A stretch of 64,000 bases of DNA from sequence record ON631220.1; one strand, 5' to 3'. Of this stretch, positions 1 to 9,091 are shown piece after piece. Both the position numbers and the translations under genes were made by a program. The notes below the pieces were generated by a model. That model saw only the letters and a program-made list of their open reading frames with translations, made no database searches and had not been told where the DNA came from. Numbering within the stretch: the stretch's first letter is position 1; each line of letters starts with the position of its first letter.

Positions 1-57
1 AACGCTGTATCCAACACCACTGGACTGATGAAAATCGAACTTGAGGAAGTAGTATAA
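1..57 (+). CDS. 3' end of upstream gene (partial; NAVSNTTGLMKIELEEVV*)
   Basis: Open frame from base 1 to TAA at 55-57, overlapping the next ATG (TAATG coupling). Confidence 0.6.
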   Translation, partial: NAVSNTTGLMKIELEEVV

Positions 58-3000
58 TGGCTTCTGCATTTGAAGATTATGTAAACGGGGAACTCCCCAA
101 ACGGGTATCATCAATTGATGAACCCACTTCTGTAGTTAATGGACACATCCCGGTTTCTACCGGGGTGGGTCTTAATACCACTTTCGTTGATCCTGTTACT
201 ATACCTGGATTAAAGGGTGAAGACGGTCAGCCGGGTAAAGATGGCGACCAAGGCCCTCCTGGCCCGGTTGGTCCAGCTATCAATATTATCGCTAATGTTG
301 ATCTAGCCACATTCGAACAAGAAATTAAACCATTAGATACGCATAATGTCGGTGATGCTTGGTTCGTTGAAGATCGGCTATGGGTATGGGAATCACCGCT
401 AGGTAACGAAGATCCCCCTGTAAAAGGTCGTTGGGTTGAAACAGGTTCACTTCGTGGTCCAGATGGTACTGGTCTAGTTATCCGTGGTCGTTGGCCTAAT
501 AACTTAGAATTACCTAAGACTGAAAGTAATAAACCTGGAGATGCTTATTCATGGAATAATCAACTCTGGGCGTGGATGCTTATCTCAGGTAATAATCCGC
601 CAGAGAATCCAACTATTGATGACTATGATTGGTTCCCAGTTACACCACAGGGTGAACGTGGACCTGAGGGCCCCGAGGGTCCTCAAGGTAAAGACGGTGA
701 AATTGGTCCTGAAGGTCCTCAGGGTGAACCAGCAATGCCATTCACCATTAAGGATTCACTACCATCACCAGCTGATTTACCTGATCCATCTGTAGCTAAA
801 GAATCAGAAGCATACTTAGTTACTATGGAAGCTGGCAAACCAGAACATCTATTCATCTTTGTAAAAGGAGCGTGGTCAGACCTAGGTACTTTCCAAGGTC
901 CTGAGGGCCCACAAGGTAAACCAGGTAATACAGGTGATCCGGGTCCCGATGGTAAACAAGGTGAACCTGGTCCACAAGGTCGTAACTTAGAAGTAGTTAA
1001 AGCAGTTGAAACTGCTGATGATCTATTAACCACTACTGGTGTAGAACAATACCAAGGTGTTTCAGTACGTTCCACCAATACGGTTTATGTACTGACTGGC
1101 CAAGATCCGACTGTTGATATCTCATGGACAGCCATGGGTTCATTCCGTGGTCCGCAGGGCCCAGAAGGCCCACAAGGTAAAGATGGTGATCAAGGTATAC
1201 CTGGTGAACCAGGGGCACAAGGTAAATCGGCTTTCCAAGTAGCATTGGACAATGGGTTCACTGGTACTGAGGGTGAATGGTTAATCAGTCTACATGGTAA
1301 GAACGTAGTTATTACTGGTGCTGTTGCCAATGAGGCAGCCCTACCGGCAGATGCTCCTGATCAGGCAGCGTACTTCACACAAGACACATCTACCTTATTT
1401 GTTAAGATAGATGGTAATTGGGTAAATAGTGGTACACATCGAGGTCCTAAAGGTGAAGATGGCGCACCTGGTAAAGACGGTGATCAGGGTCCAGAAGGTC
1501 CCGAGGGCCCAGAAGGCCCACAAGGTCCCGCTGGTGAACCTATCCAGATCATCGCAGCGATTGACACTCCTGAAGATACCCCACCAGAGGCACTTGCTGA
1601 TAACCAATGGAAAGCATATACTGTTAAGTCCACGGGCGAAGTATTTGTTAACATGGACGGTAGTCGCTGGACTAGCGTTGGTATTATGGCAGGTCCGCAA
1701 GGTAAACCGGGTGAAGGTTTAAACATCAAAGGTGTTTTAACTGATGCTTCACAACTACCAAAGAAAGACACTGATCCTGACTTAGTAACTGGTGATTCAT
1801 ACTGGGTTGAAACTAATGAAGGTACAATGCTCTATACTTACCAAGGTCAGGAAATTGATGGCTATATCGGCCCAATTAATCTAAATGGTGAGCAGGGTAT
1901 CCAGGGTGTCGAAGGTCCACAAGGTCCTGAAGGTAAACAAGGTGGTGGTCTATTAATTATCTACGTTGGTGATGATGCTGGTAAACCAGTAGCATCTGCT
2001 GATAACGTAGGTAAAGGTATTGCCATTCACACCAATACTGAAGGACAAGTAGAAGTATTTGTAAGTATCGATACTGAAGGTACATTTACTTGGGAAAGCC
2101 TAGGTGTCCTAGCTATGGGTCCGCAGGGTCCTGAAGGTCCTGAGGGCAAGCAAGGTGTTCCAGGTATGCCTGGTAAAACCGGTCAGAAAGGTGAACGTGG
2201 ATCCTCTTGGGTAATTCTACCTGAAGGTCAAACTGCGCCTACATCTATCGATGGTAACCGTGGTGACTGGTGTATCGACAAAACTGGCACTGTCTGGTAT
2301 AAAGATGCTAACTGGGTTGTATTCTACAAACTAATGTCCGTTCCAGTTAGTGAAGTCGATCCAGAAGATGTCGATAAGAAAATGGTTCGGTACAAACTCG
2401 GCTGGACTGAACTACCTGTTGATGAAGTACCCAATGCCGAGGTTGGTGTTTTCTATGGTCGCCGTAAAGCAACCGCTGATGGGGCTGTTGAATGGACTGC
2501 TATTGAATTACCAACACCTGCCATTGATGCTGTACCTAATCCAACTGTCAATGCACAATACGTTCGTAAAGGTATTGCAGGTGGTGAAACTGAATGGGCT
2601 ACCATTACATTCCCAGAAATTCCTTCAGATGTAGTACGCGATACTGCACAAGCTACTAAGCCTCAAGGTCGTGTAGCTGGTAACTGGGTTGATGTAGCAC
2701 CTCTGCAAACCGATGATACTCTGATGGGTATGCAAAATGGTGAATGGGTAGCTGTACCAGCCGCAGTTATTGGTGAAGTACCTAGTGAAGGTGCTACTGG
2801 CACTAACTATGTACGTGAGAAAACAGCTAGTGGTTCTAAATGGACACCTGTAACTATTATAGTTGATCAAGCTGATGCTACTAGTGGACAACTATTCCTA
2901 CGTAATGCTGCGGCTAAATCATGGACTCTATTCCAAGGTCCGAATAATGATGTAACCGCTGATGGTGATTGGGTACGTAGCCGTACTGGTACTAATATTA

Positions 3001-3338
3001 CTTGGAAGAAGCTAGATAAATCATTCGATGCATATAGTCTAAAATCAAGTACATTCACTGGTACAGCTTTAACTCTAACACCAGCTAACCAACAGTGCTA
3101 TAGGGTTCAAACTGCTGCTAACCAAACCATTACACTAGAGAATGGACCTGTTGATCGTATGGTAACGGCTGTTCTTGTACTACTTGGTAAGGTAGCTATG
3201 CCAACACTATCTAGTGCAGTGCTACAGTGGAACAATGGTACTCCATTAATAGTAGATGACCTAGGCGATACTAAAACAATTCTTACTCTCCTATGGGACG
3301 GTACTAATTGGGTAGTTTCCAAAGGTGCTGTTATTTAA
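57..3338 (+). CDS. Collagen-like virion fibre protein (phiKZ gp146-like), 1093 aa
   Basis: Many G-X-Y runs (GPEGPQGKDG) alternate with ~60-70 aa globular spacers; the C-terminal part has short W-containing repeats. Followed by a terminator. Confidence 0.85.
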   Translation: MASAFEDYVNGELPKRVSSIDEPTSVVNGHIPVSTGVGLNTTFVDPVTIPGLKGEDGQPGKDGDQGPPGPVGPAINIIANVDLATFEQEIKPLDTHNVGDAWFVEDRLWVWESPLGNEDPPVKGRWVETGSLRGPDGTGLVIRGRWPNNLELPKTESNKPGDAYSWNNQLWAWMLISGNNPPENPTIDDYDWFPVTPQGERGPEGPEGPQGKDGEIGPEGPQGEPAMPFTIKDSLPSPADLPDPSVAKESEAYLVTMEAGKPEHLFIFVKGAWSDLGTFQGPEGPQGKPGNTGDPGPDGKQGEPGPQGRNLEVVKAVETADDLLTTTGVEQYQGVSVRSTNTVYVLTGQDPTVDISWTAMGSFRGPQGPEGPQGKDGDQGIPGEPGAQGKSAFQVALDNGFTGTEGEWLISLHGKNVVITGAVANEAALPADAPDQAAYFTQDTSTLFVKIDGNWVNSGTHRGPKGEDGAPGKDGDQGPEGPEGPEGPQGPAGEPIQIIAAIDTPEDTPPEALADNQWKAYTVKSTGEVFVNMDGSRWTSVGIMAGPQGKPGEGLNIKGVLTDASQLPKKDTDPDLVTGDSYWVETNEGTMLYTYQGQEIDGYIGPINLNGEQGIQGVEGPQGPEGKQGGGLLIIYVGDDAGKPVASADNVGKGIAIHTNTEGQVEVFVSIDTEGTFTWESLGVLAMGPQGPEGPEGKQGVPGMPGKTGQKGERGSSWVILPEGQTAPTSIDGNRGDWCIDKTGTVWYKDANWVVFYKLMSVPVSEVDPEDVDKKMVRYKLGWTELPVDEVPNAEVGVFYGRRKATADGAVEWTAIELPTPAIDAVPNPTVNAQYVRKGIAGGETEWATITFPEIPSDVVRDTAQATKPQGRVAGNWVDVAPLQTDDTLMGMQNGEWVAVPAAVIGEVPSEGATGTNYVREKTASGSKWTPVTIIVDQADATSGQLFLRNAAAKSWTLFQGPNNDVTADGDWVRSRTGTNITWKKLDKSFDAYSLKSSTFTGTALTLTPANQQCYRVQTAANQTITLENGPVDRMVTAVLVLLGKVAMPTLSSAVLQWNNGTPLIVDDLGDTKTILTLLWDGTNWVVSKGAVI

Positions 3339-3349
3339 AACGACATATT

Positions 3350-3380
3350 GCCCTCCCTTCGGGGAGGGCTTTATTTTGTC
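3350..3380 (+). terminator. Intrinsic terminator
   Basis: GCCCTCCC-TTCG-GGGAGGGC followed by TTTATTTT. Confidence 0.85.
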
Positions 3381-3427
3381 TTTTAAGGTTGATTTATTAT
3401 TAACTATACCATCATGCCAGTTATATC

Positions 3428-3464
3428 TAAAAAAAGCATAGAAAGCCCTATTAGAGCTTTCTAT
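3428..3464 (-). terminator. Intrinsic terminator for the minus-strand operon
   Basis: Stem ATAGAAAGC/GCTTTCTAT with a T8 tract on the minus strand, just after the stop of 3471..4187. Confidence 0.7.
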
Positions 3465-3470
3465 TGGGTA

Positions 3471-4187
3471 TCATGGCTTAAACATGGAAAAGTATTCAGC
3501 ATCGATGAAATCAAAGTCGATATTAAGTTTATGCTTTAACTGGAAATCCATGATAATAAACTGTTTATCTTCAACAGCTAATTCACTTACATCTTTCTCA
3601 AATAGCTTTGGACCAATAATCGTAAAGTCAGGCATCAACACTTGTCCTAATTCAAGAACATGGGTTTTACACCATTCTCCAAAATTATACATAATCGCCA
3701 TTGAATAGATAGAGTTTAATCTAGAACAAGTAAGATCTGTTAATGGAGTATTAATCAGGGTGATCTGAATATGATCACCTATGTACTTATGTAAGCAGTA
3801 TAGTAATTCATCTTGAGCATCTGGTGTTAATTCATATGGCCAGATATTAACTTCAAGACATGTTTCAAAATTAGCATTAACTATACCATCTAATCTATTC
3901 AAATCTGATTGGGCTATTAATTGAATAATAAATGGAATGATACCAGTGAATATAGAACTATTGATAGTATCAGCAGTATTTTCACCACCACGTTTAGAAT
4001 AAGCTTCGACAAATTGTTCATTAGTTACTAAACCATCTGTTAGTTTAGTCCAATCATCCATTTCCCTATGCCAATAAATTTGACCATTAGTAACAAGCTT
4101 ATTAGCTGCATCTTTATTTAGTAACCTAATAGTTCCTAACCGTGTATCTAATAGTGAGTCAAGATCAATTAAGATTTTACGAAACAT
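3471..4187 (-). CDS. Conserved jumbo-phage protein, possible HAD-like fold
   Basis: 238 aa ORF with N-terminal ILIDLDSLLD resembling HAD motif I (DxD); other HAD motifs not verified. Confidence 0.45.
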   Translation of the reverse strand: MFRKILIDLDSLLDTRLGTIRLLNKDAANKLVTNGQIYWHREMDDWTKLTDGLVTNEQFVEAYSKRGGENTADTINSSIFTGIIPFIIQLIAQSDLNRLDGIVNANFETCLEVNIWPYELTPDAQDELLYCLHKYIGDHIQITLINTPLTDLTCSRLNSIYSMAIMYNFGEWCKTHVLELGQVLMPDFTIIGPKLFEKDVSELAVEDKQFIIMDFQLKHKLNIDFDFIDAEYFSMFKP

Positions 4188-4683
4188 TATTATTTACCGC
4201 CTTCTTTTTAGATGGCTTAGCTTGAACTGGGATAGATTCAACCATATTAGTAATATAACGGATATTTAAACATTGGCAAATAATCCAAACTAACCAATCA
4301 TTTTGGTATAAAATGTCAGTTAATTCTTTTCGTGGAATTAATCGCGCTAACATTTCTTGGTCAACAATAGTTGAATTAGGCTGATAAGGATAAATAGAAT
4401 TAGCTAGTAATTCCACCACATCTTCCCAATCATTAACAGCCATCTTAAATCGGCTAACTAAACTTAAGATAGGTTGAAGACGATTACCTTTATTACGGAA
4501 TAAATTCCAGATATCCCTAATAACTGTTTTATCAGCAATGTGATACCAATGAGTATTGGTACTCCAGTTATTTAGTAAATCCAAAATATCCGCAATGATT
4601 TCAGCACTGTATCCATTTACTAACTCAGTATTAGATACAATTAAAGCTTCGCACATATCTTCATAAATCTGACGATTATTCAT
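4177..4683 (-). CDS. Hypothetical protein
   Basis: 168 aa ORF tightly packed in the minus-strand operon. Confidence 0.75.
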   Translation of the reverse strand: MNNRQIYEDMCEALIVSNTELVNGYSAEIIADILDLLNNWSTNTHWYHIADKTVIRDIWNLFRNKGNRLQPILSLVSRFKMAVNDWEDVVELLANSIYPYQPNSTIVDQEMLARLIPRKELTDILYQNDWLVWIICQCLNIRYITNMVESIPVQAKPSKKKAVNNNVS

Positions 4684-4685
4684 AG

Positions 4686-5360
4686 TTACACCAAGTTATT
4701 TTGTAGCATCATGCCTTTTAGATAACATGCAAATGTTTTATTAGATTGCACAGTAGCATCATAAGTGGACATGATGGAATCAACAGAAGCACTACCAGTT
4801 TCGATAATAGAGCGGTTCATTGCATTATATGCCTTCTGGTCACCACCACGTAATTTCATGAATTCGATCATGGAATAACGGAGACCTTTTGAAGCGTTAA
4901 CTTGAATCTCTGGTGCAGACATACGTGATCCTTTAGAATCACCAGTTACTTGCCCTGACCTCTGGTCAATCACATGACTAGAACCCGGAATACTTTTCTT
5001 TTTCTCAAGCATCTGTACTTGACGACGGATTGGTATTAAACCAACTAAATGTTTATTAGCAGTTCGATATACCTGGCCAGTACCTGGATCAGTTAAAATG
5101 ATGTGTTGGAATAAATTATGACCAATCGCTTTAGCAACTTTATAATTTCGCTTAATGGTTAATTTAGGCTTAGTGCATAAGTTAGGAGCATATAACGCCA
5201 ACATCTCTTCACCAGAATCTAACTTATTAATCCACTCCTCAAATTCCTCATCATTCATTCGCGCAAACATTTCTTTATAGATATCAACATTACTACTACC
5301 AGGTAGAAACATGTCAATAATCCATAGGCATTCTTTTTCTACCAATTCTCGTTTAGTCAT
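4686..5360 (-). CDS. rpoB: Virion RNA polymerase beta subunit, C-terminal fragment (phiKZ gp149-like)
   Basis: Beta C-terminal-like motifs (IILTDPGTGQ, QRSGQVTGDSKGSRMSAPEIQ, EFMKLRGGD) that complete the beta chain missing from 32217..36572. Confidence 0.8.
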   Translation of the reverse strand: MTKRELVEKECLWIIDMFLPGSSNVDIYKEMFARMNDEEFEEWINKLDSGEEMLALYAPNLCTKPKLTIKRNYKVAKAIGHNLFQHIILTDPGTGQVYRTANKHLVGLIPIRRQVQMLEKKKSIPGSSHVIDQRSGQVTGDSKGSRMSAPEIQVNASKGLRYSMIEFMKLRGGDQKAYNAMNRSIIETGSASVDSIMSTYDATVQSNKTFACYLKGMMLQNNLV

Positions 5361-5392
5361 GGTAATTTCCTTTAAGGTTGTTTAACATACCA

Positions 5393-5713
5393 TTAGCTTG
5401 AGCGAGATACCCCTTGATAAACAGGTATTGAATTCTGGTCAGTACATGGAGGTAACCTATGTCTCTTAAGAATTGGTAATATGTTGGCTAGAAAATTAGC
5501 ATACCATACTTCAAAGGTGACTGAATCATCAATGGTAGTTCTAGCTGTCAATGTCTGACTAGGATATTGAGCTAATAGTTGCTGAAAGCAAGCTGATAAA
5601 GTGGGTACGTCTGTACACACTGGTAATCGACGTAATAGATCTTCTGATAGTTCAACATCAAACATTCGTAGACGTTGACAAAGTGTTAAACGATAATCTT
5701 CTGTAGTTTTCAT
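5393..5713 (-). CDS. Hypothetical protein
   Basis: 106 aa ORF with RBS-like GGA, in operon context. Confidence 0.7.
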   Translation of the reverse strand: MKTTEDYRLTLCQRLRMFDVELSEDLLRRLPVCTDVPTLSACFQQLLAQYPSQTLTARTTIDDSVTFEVWYANFLANILPILKRHRLPPCTDQNSIPVYQGVSRSS

Positions 5714-5736
5714 TATAGTTCCTTAGGGTCTTTATT

Positions 5737-6087
5737 TTACTTTGATATCTCACCACAGTAAATGACCTCTGTTTTTGTTTCAAGCCATTCTACTAATAAA
5801 TGCCGGTGACAGAAATTACCAGCGCGACAATAACAACCTAATGCTACTTCCTCTAATTGGAAGAACCATTTAAAGAATTCTGGATTATCAATCAATGATT
5901 GCTCTAACATACTGAGATATGCTTCAGTGTATTCATCACTTGATATAATTCCTTTCTTATGTCCCATAACCATTAACCACGTAGGTGCGAGTTGATATGC
6001 ACCTGATTTAACAGTTATGTCTAGCGGTTTTATTCCTTTCTCTATAACTAACTTATATTTAGCTATCTGATAAGTGTAAACATTCAT
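5737..6087 (-). CDS. DUF488/YeaO-like protein
   Basis: LAPT..G.IS..EY...Y and LGCYC....CHRHLL motifs typical of this family. Confidence 0.6.
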   Translation of the reverse strand: MNVYTYQIAKYKLVIEKGIKPLDITVKSGAYQLAPTWLMVMGHKKGIISSDEYTEAYLSMLEQSLIDNPEFFKWFFQLEEVALGCYCRAGNFCHRHLLVEWLETKTEVIYCGEISK

Positions 6088-6101
6088 ATACCAAACCTGA
6101 C

Positions 6102-6132
6102 ATAACTAGGGATCTTATTGACCCCTAGTTAT
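6102..6132 (-). terminator. Hairpin between the recombinase and DUF488-like genes
   Basis: 10-bp stem ATAACTAGGG/CCCTAGTTAT. Confidence 0.5.
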
Positions 6133-6163
6133 TTTAAAACTGGCGATAACATCTATACTAACA

Positions 6164-7603
6164 TTAAGCTTTTGCTTTAGCTAGTTCAAGAGGTACAATT
6201 TTAGCTTTTTCTTCGTCAGTCATCCAGTATGGTTTATATTCACTTTTACGCATGCGTAGTAGGTCATACGTGGATAGGAATTTTTTATCACTAAATTGTT
6301 CGTCTTCTTCGAACATCCAATAGCCACGAGTATTATTAAGAATAATATCCCAATCATAACCCATTACTTTAAGATCAGCATATAGTTCAGCTGGAGTTAC
6401 TACATAATCTCCAAGATTCCAACGTTGGAATTGAATTAATTGTAGCATTTCAGATTGGATTTCAACAGCTCGTTGTAGAGCAGGGTTATCCATCAATTTC
6501 TTACGAACAGTGGTTCGACTTAGTTTGATATCAGGACATAGCTCAACGAAGTAGTTAATGTTATTACCACCAATCCCCCAATCATTTTCACGGCAATAAT
6601 GGAATTCCGATAGTGATGGAAGAATACCTTCAGTCTGTGAAACAATGAGATGGAATGGTAGACCAGTAATTCCACCTTTACCACGTAGGTTAATAACTTC
6701 TAGAATGCGTAGATCTGTATCGCCTTCAATAGCAGTTGAATTGTCAATTGGATATAAAGGCATTTTTTCTTTATTGACTAACGGTTTATTAGATTCAATA
6801 GAAAACACATTATTCGGTAAAGAGTAGAAACCACCTGATACCCCTTTAAGAACCGTATCCTTCTTCATATGCGATAGATTACGTTTATCAGTAGGGTACA
6901 TCTCAATTTGAATGATATCTCCAACGTGTGCAGTGAGAATCATGTATGTACTGGTTTTAGCACAGATCTGTGGCAGTTGGTTAAATAACTGATTCTTAGC
7001 TTTACCATTAGTCATTGCATCAGTGTTTACTTTAGAATCACCGATAGCATTTTTAGCATACATTTCAGACACAGCTGAGACAATGAACTTTGAGAAACTA
7101 TCAATGAACCCACCAGTTGGGTACAGTGCTTTCTTATTATTACCATTCACATCAAGAAATGGGGTAGTGCGTAGATAATCTTTTTCAGCTTTCTCTTTTT
7201 CAGATAATGCATCTCGGAAGATTTTGAACCACTCATCCCCAGTATAACGAGATAAGTCAGTAAACATGTATTGCTCATCATTTTCCCAATCGATGGCAGC
7301 AAGCTCAGGATAAGCTTGTGCTAAAGATGTAAATCGAGCACCTGGGTTTAATGTACCTTCTGTATCATAAGTCATTGCATGTGCACCGGGGAAAGCACGG
7401 CGCATCATTGCCATGAGGTAGATACCTAATGCAGTTTTAAAATTGTTAGGTCGTGAAGCAATACCAGTTAGTGATCCCATACCACCATTTAGAATCATTT
7501 CACCATGCTTACCTTGTTCATACTTACCAGTTGAAATGTCCATAAGGCATCCGATGTTAAGAGCCGGTCGGAAAGCTGGACGTTCGAAATGTTTACCAAA
7601 CAT
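6164..7603 (-). CDS. uvsX: RecA/UvsX-like recombinase (phiKZ gp152-like)
   Basis: P-loop variant GIASRPNNFKT, YDTEGT, Walker B-like GFIDSFS, and ILTAHV; 479 aa. Confidence 0.8.
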   Translation of the reverse strand: MFGKHFERPAFRPALNIGCLMDISTGKYEQGKHGEMILNGGMGSLTGIASRPNNFKTALGIYLMAMMRRAFPGAHAMTYDTEGTLNPGARFTSLAQAYPELAAIDWENDEQYMFTDLSRYTGDEWFKIFRDALSEKEKAEKDYLRTTPFLDVNGNNKKALYPTGGFIDSFSKFIVSAVSEMYAKNAIGDSKVNTDAMTNGKAKNQLFNQLPQICAKTSTYMILTAHVGDIIQIEMYPTDKRNLSHMKKDTVLKGVSGGFYSLPNNVFSIESNKPLVNKEKMPLYPIDNSTAIEGDTDLRILEVINLRGKGGITGLPFHLIVSQTEGILPSLSEFHYCRENDWGIGGNNINYFVELCPDIKLSRTTVRKKLMDNPALQRAVEIQSEMLQLIQFQRWNLGDYVVTPAELYADLKVMGYDWDIILNNTRGYWMFEEDEQFSDKKFLSTYDLLRMRKSEYKPYWMTDEEKAKIVPLELAKAKA

Positions 7604-7700
7604 GTTGACTCCATTTTTTAAGTTAAACAGTCAATTAATTGATTTGGAGAGTAATTTTATGTCTACATATTCAACAATCCTTGCGCAAGGAAATTAAGAC

Positions 7701-8615
7701 ATGTTTAACATCCATAAATACGCTAAAAGTATTTCACTAGAAAATGATTGTCAGGATCTAATTGAATCTGACAATATTGTTAATGATGATATTAGTTTAG
7801 TACAAGTTGATCCAAAACAACAGCTTGTAGATATTACTGAGACTATTTCTCAAGAAGCTAATTTCGCAACAAACGCTATTAACATTATCAATAAACGCGG
7901 TGCTAATTTTGCTATCGCTGCTCGTAATGCATTTACGTCGATGACTAACTGGAGTAATCAAATTATTCCTGAGTTCCATCCAGCGCAGATGCGCCATTTA
8001 GTTTCACACATTGATTATTTAGAAGTAGCAAATACAATCGTGCCACAACCAGTTGGTTTTAATGGTGAGATTCCAGACTATGTTGATTATCTATTAACAG
8101 AAGCTAAGGAAATGGCCACTATTATTCCAGCGGTATTAGACCCGGTTAAAGCACAACTTGGATATTATCTACAACAGCGTGCTGATCGAATGGATAAGCG
8201 TGGCTTTGCTAATTCATTTGCAATGGCATCGATCAATGATCTTGCTAAAGATGCTTCTTTCTATGACAGTGACAACCGGTCAAGTACAGCTGAGTTTGGT
8301 AAGCTTTACCCATCATTAAATTCATTTGTTGACGCAACAAAGAAAATGAACGATATTCGTAGCATTTTATCACGGGTTCGTCCAAATGATGTAAAACGTG
8401 CTTCAGAAGCGCTTAGTCAATTAATTGATAGCTTTATGGAGGATGTTATGGATAGTAACTCTGACACCTCTCCAGAGCTATTACAGACATTAATTGAAGG
8501 GGTTACATGGGCAGCAGACCATGTTGAACGTTATTCAACACTCTTTACTAAGATTGTTGAGACTGCGAACACAATGAAAGCCACTGAAGATATTCTTCGT
8601 GAAATCATTGGATAA
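7701..8615 (+). CDS. Virion (internal head) protein, phiKZ gp153-like
   Basis: Acidic N-terminus with S/A-x-E motifs (SLE, SQE), helical body, upstream TATG at 7658-7661, and synteny. Confidence 0.6.
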   Translation: MFNIHKYAKSISLENDCQDLIESDNIVNDDISLVQVDPKQQLVDITETISQEANFATNAINIINKRGANFAIAARNAFTSMTNWSNQIIPEFHPAQMRHLVSHIDYLEVANTIVPQPVGFNGEIPDYVDYLLTEAKEMATIIPAVLDPVKAQLGYYLQQRADRMDKRGFANSFAMASINDLAKDASFYDSDNRSSTAEFGKLYPSLNSFVDATKKMNDIRSILSRVRPNDVKRASEALSQLIDSFMEDVMDSNSDTSPELLQTLIEGVTWAADHVERYSTLFTKIVETANTMKATEDILREIIG

Positions 8616-8617
8616 CA

Positions 8618-8653
8618 GCATAAGCCCTCTCCCAAAAGGAGAGGGCATTATGT
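8618..8653. terminator. Bidirectional terminator of the CATAA-GCCCTC...GAGGGC-ATTATG family
   Basis: Hairpin GCCCTCTCC-CAAAA-GGAGAGGGC between convergent genes. Confidence 0.8.
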
Positions 8654-8661
8654 CGTACCAA

Positions 8662-9081
8662 TCAATTTGGAATACACTTCTCATGTAAACTTAATTTAAA
8701 GAGAGTTTTCAAATCCTTTAAAAAAGTTGCATCATCAGCATATTTCATCCAACACGGAGTCTTACGAATAAGCCTCATGAAAAATTGATCAGTGGTTAGA
8801 TCTGCTTTATCAATCTTATCGATTGCTATCACGCCTTTCCATACGTACGGCCCATAATGAATTGGGAGTCGTAAGGCAGCTTCATCGCGTACTAGTTTCA
8901 TGTTAGAATTCAAATGAGAGATCTTTTCACACTCATTTGTCTTACACTGTACTATAACGGAGTACAGTGACGCCATGACGCACATCCGCTTTAGTTCGGG
9001 ATCAGCATAGTCCCAGAGCTTAATCCAAATTGCCCTGAAACCATTCTTAACCGACTTTTTGAATCTGCTAATAAGGTTCAT
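8662..9081 (-). CDS. Hypothetical protein (likely start MNLISRF)
   Basis: The ATG at 9081 lies just after the RNase H stop; the track start at 9147 overlaps RNase H. Confidence 0.7.
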   Translation of the reverse strand: MNLISRFKKSVKNGFRAIWIKLWDYADPELKRMCVMASLYSVIVQCKTNECEKISHLNSNMKLVRDEAALRLPIHYGPYVWKGVIAIDKIDKADLTTDQFFMRLIRKTPCWMKYADDATFLKDLKTLFKLSLHEKCIPN

Positions 9082-9091
9082 GGAATACCCA

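Noticed and set aside
541-3322. Numerous short alternative-frame and antisense ORFs over the collagen gene
   Set aside because: Shadows of the G-X-Y codon periodicity; no RBS and fully overlapping a convincing gene.
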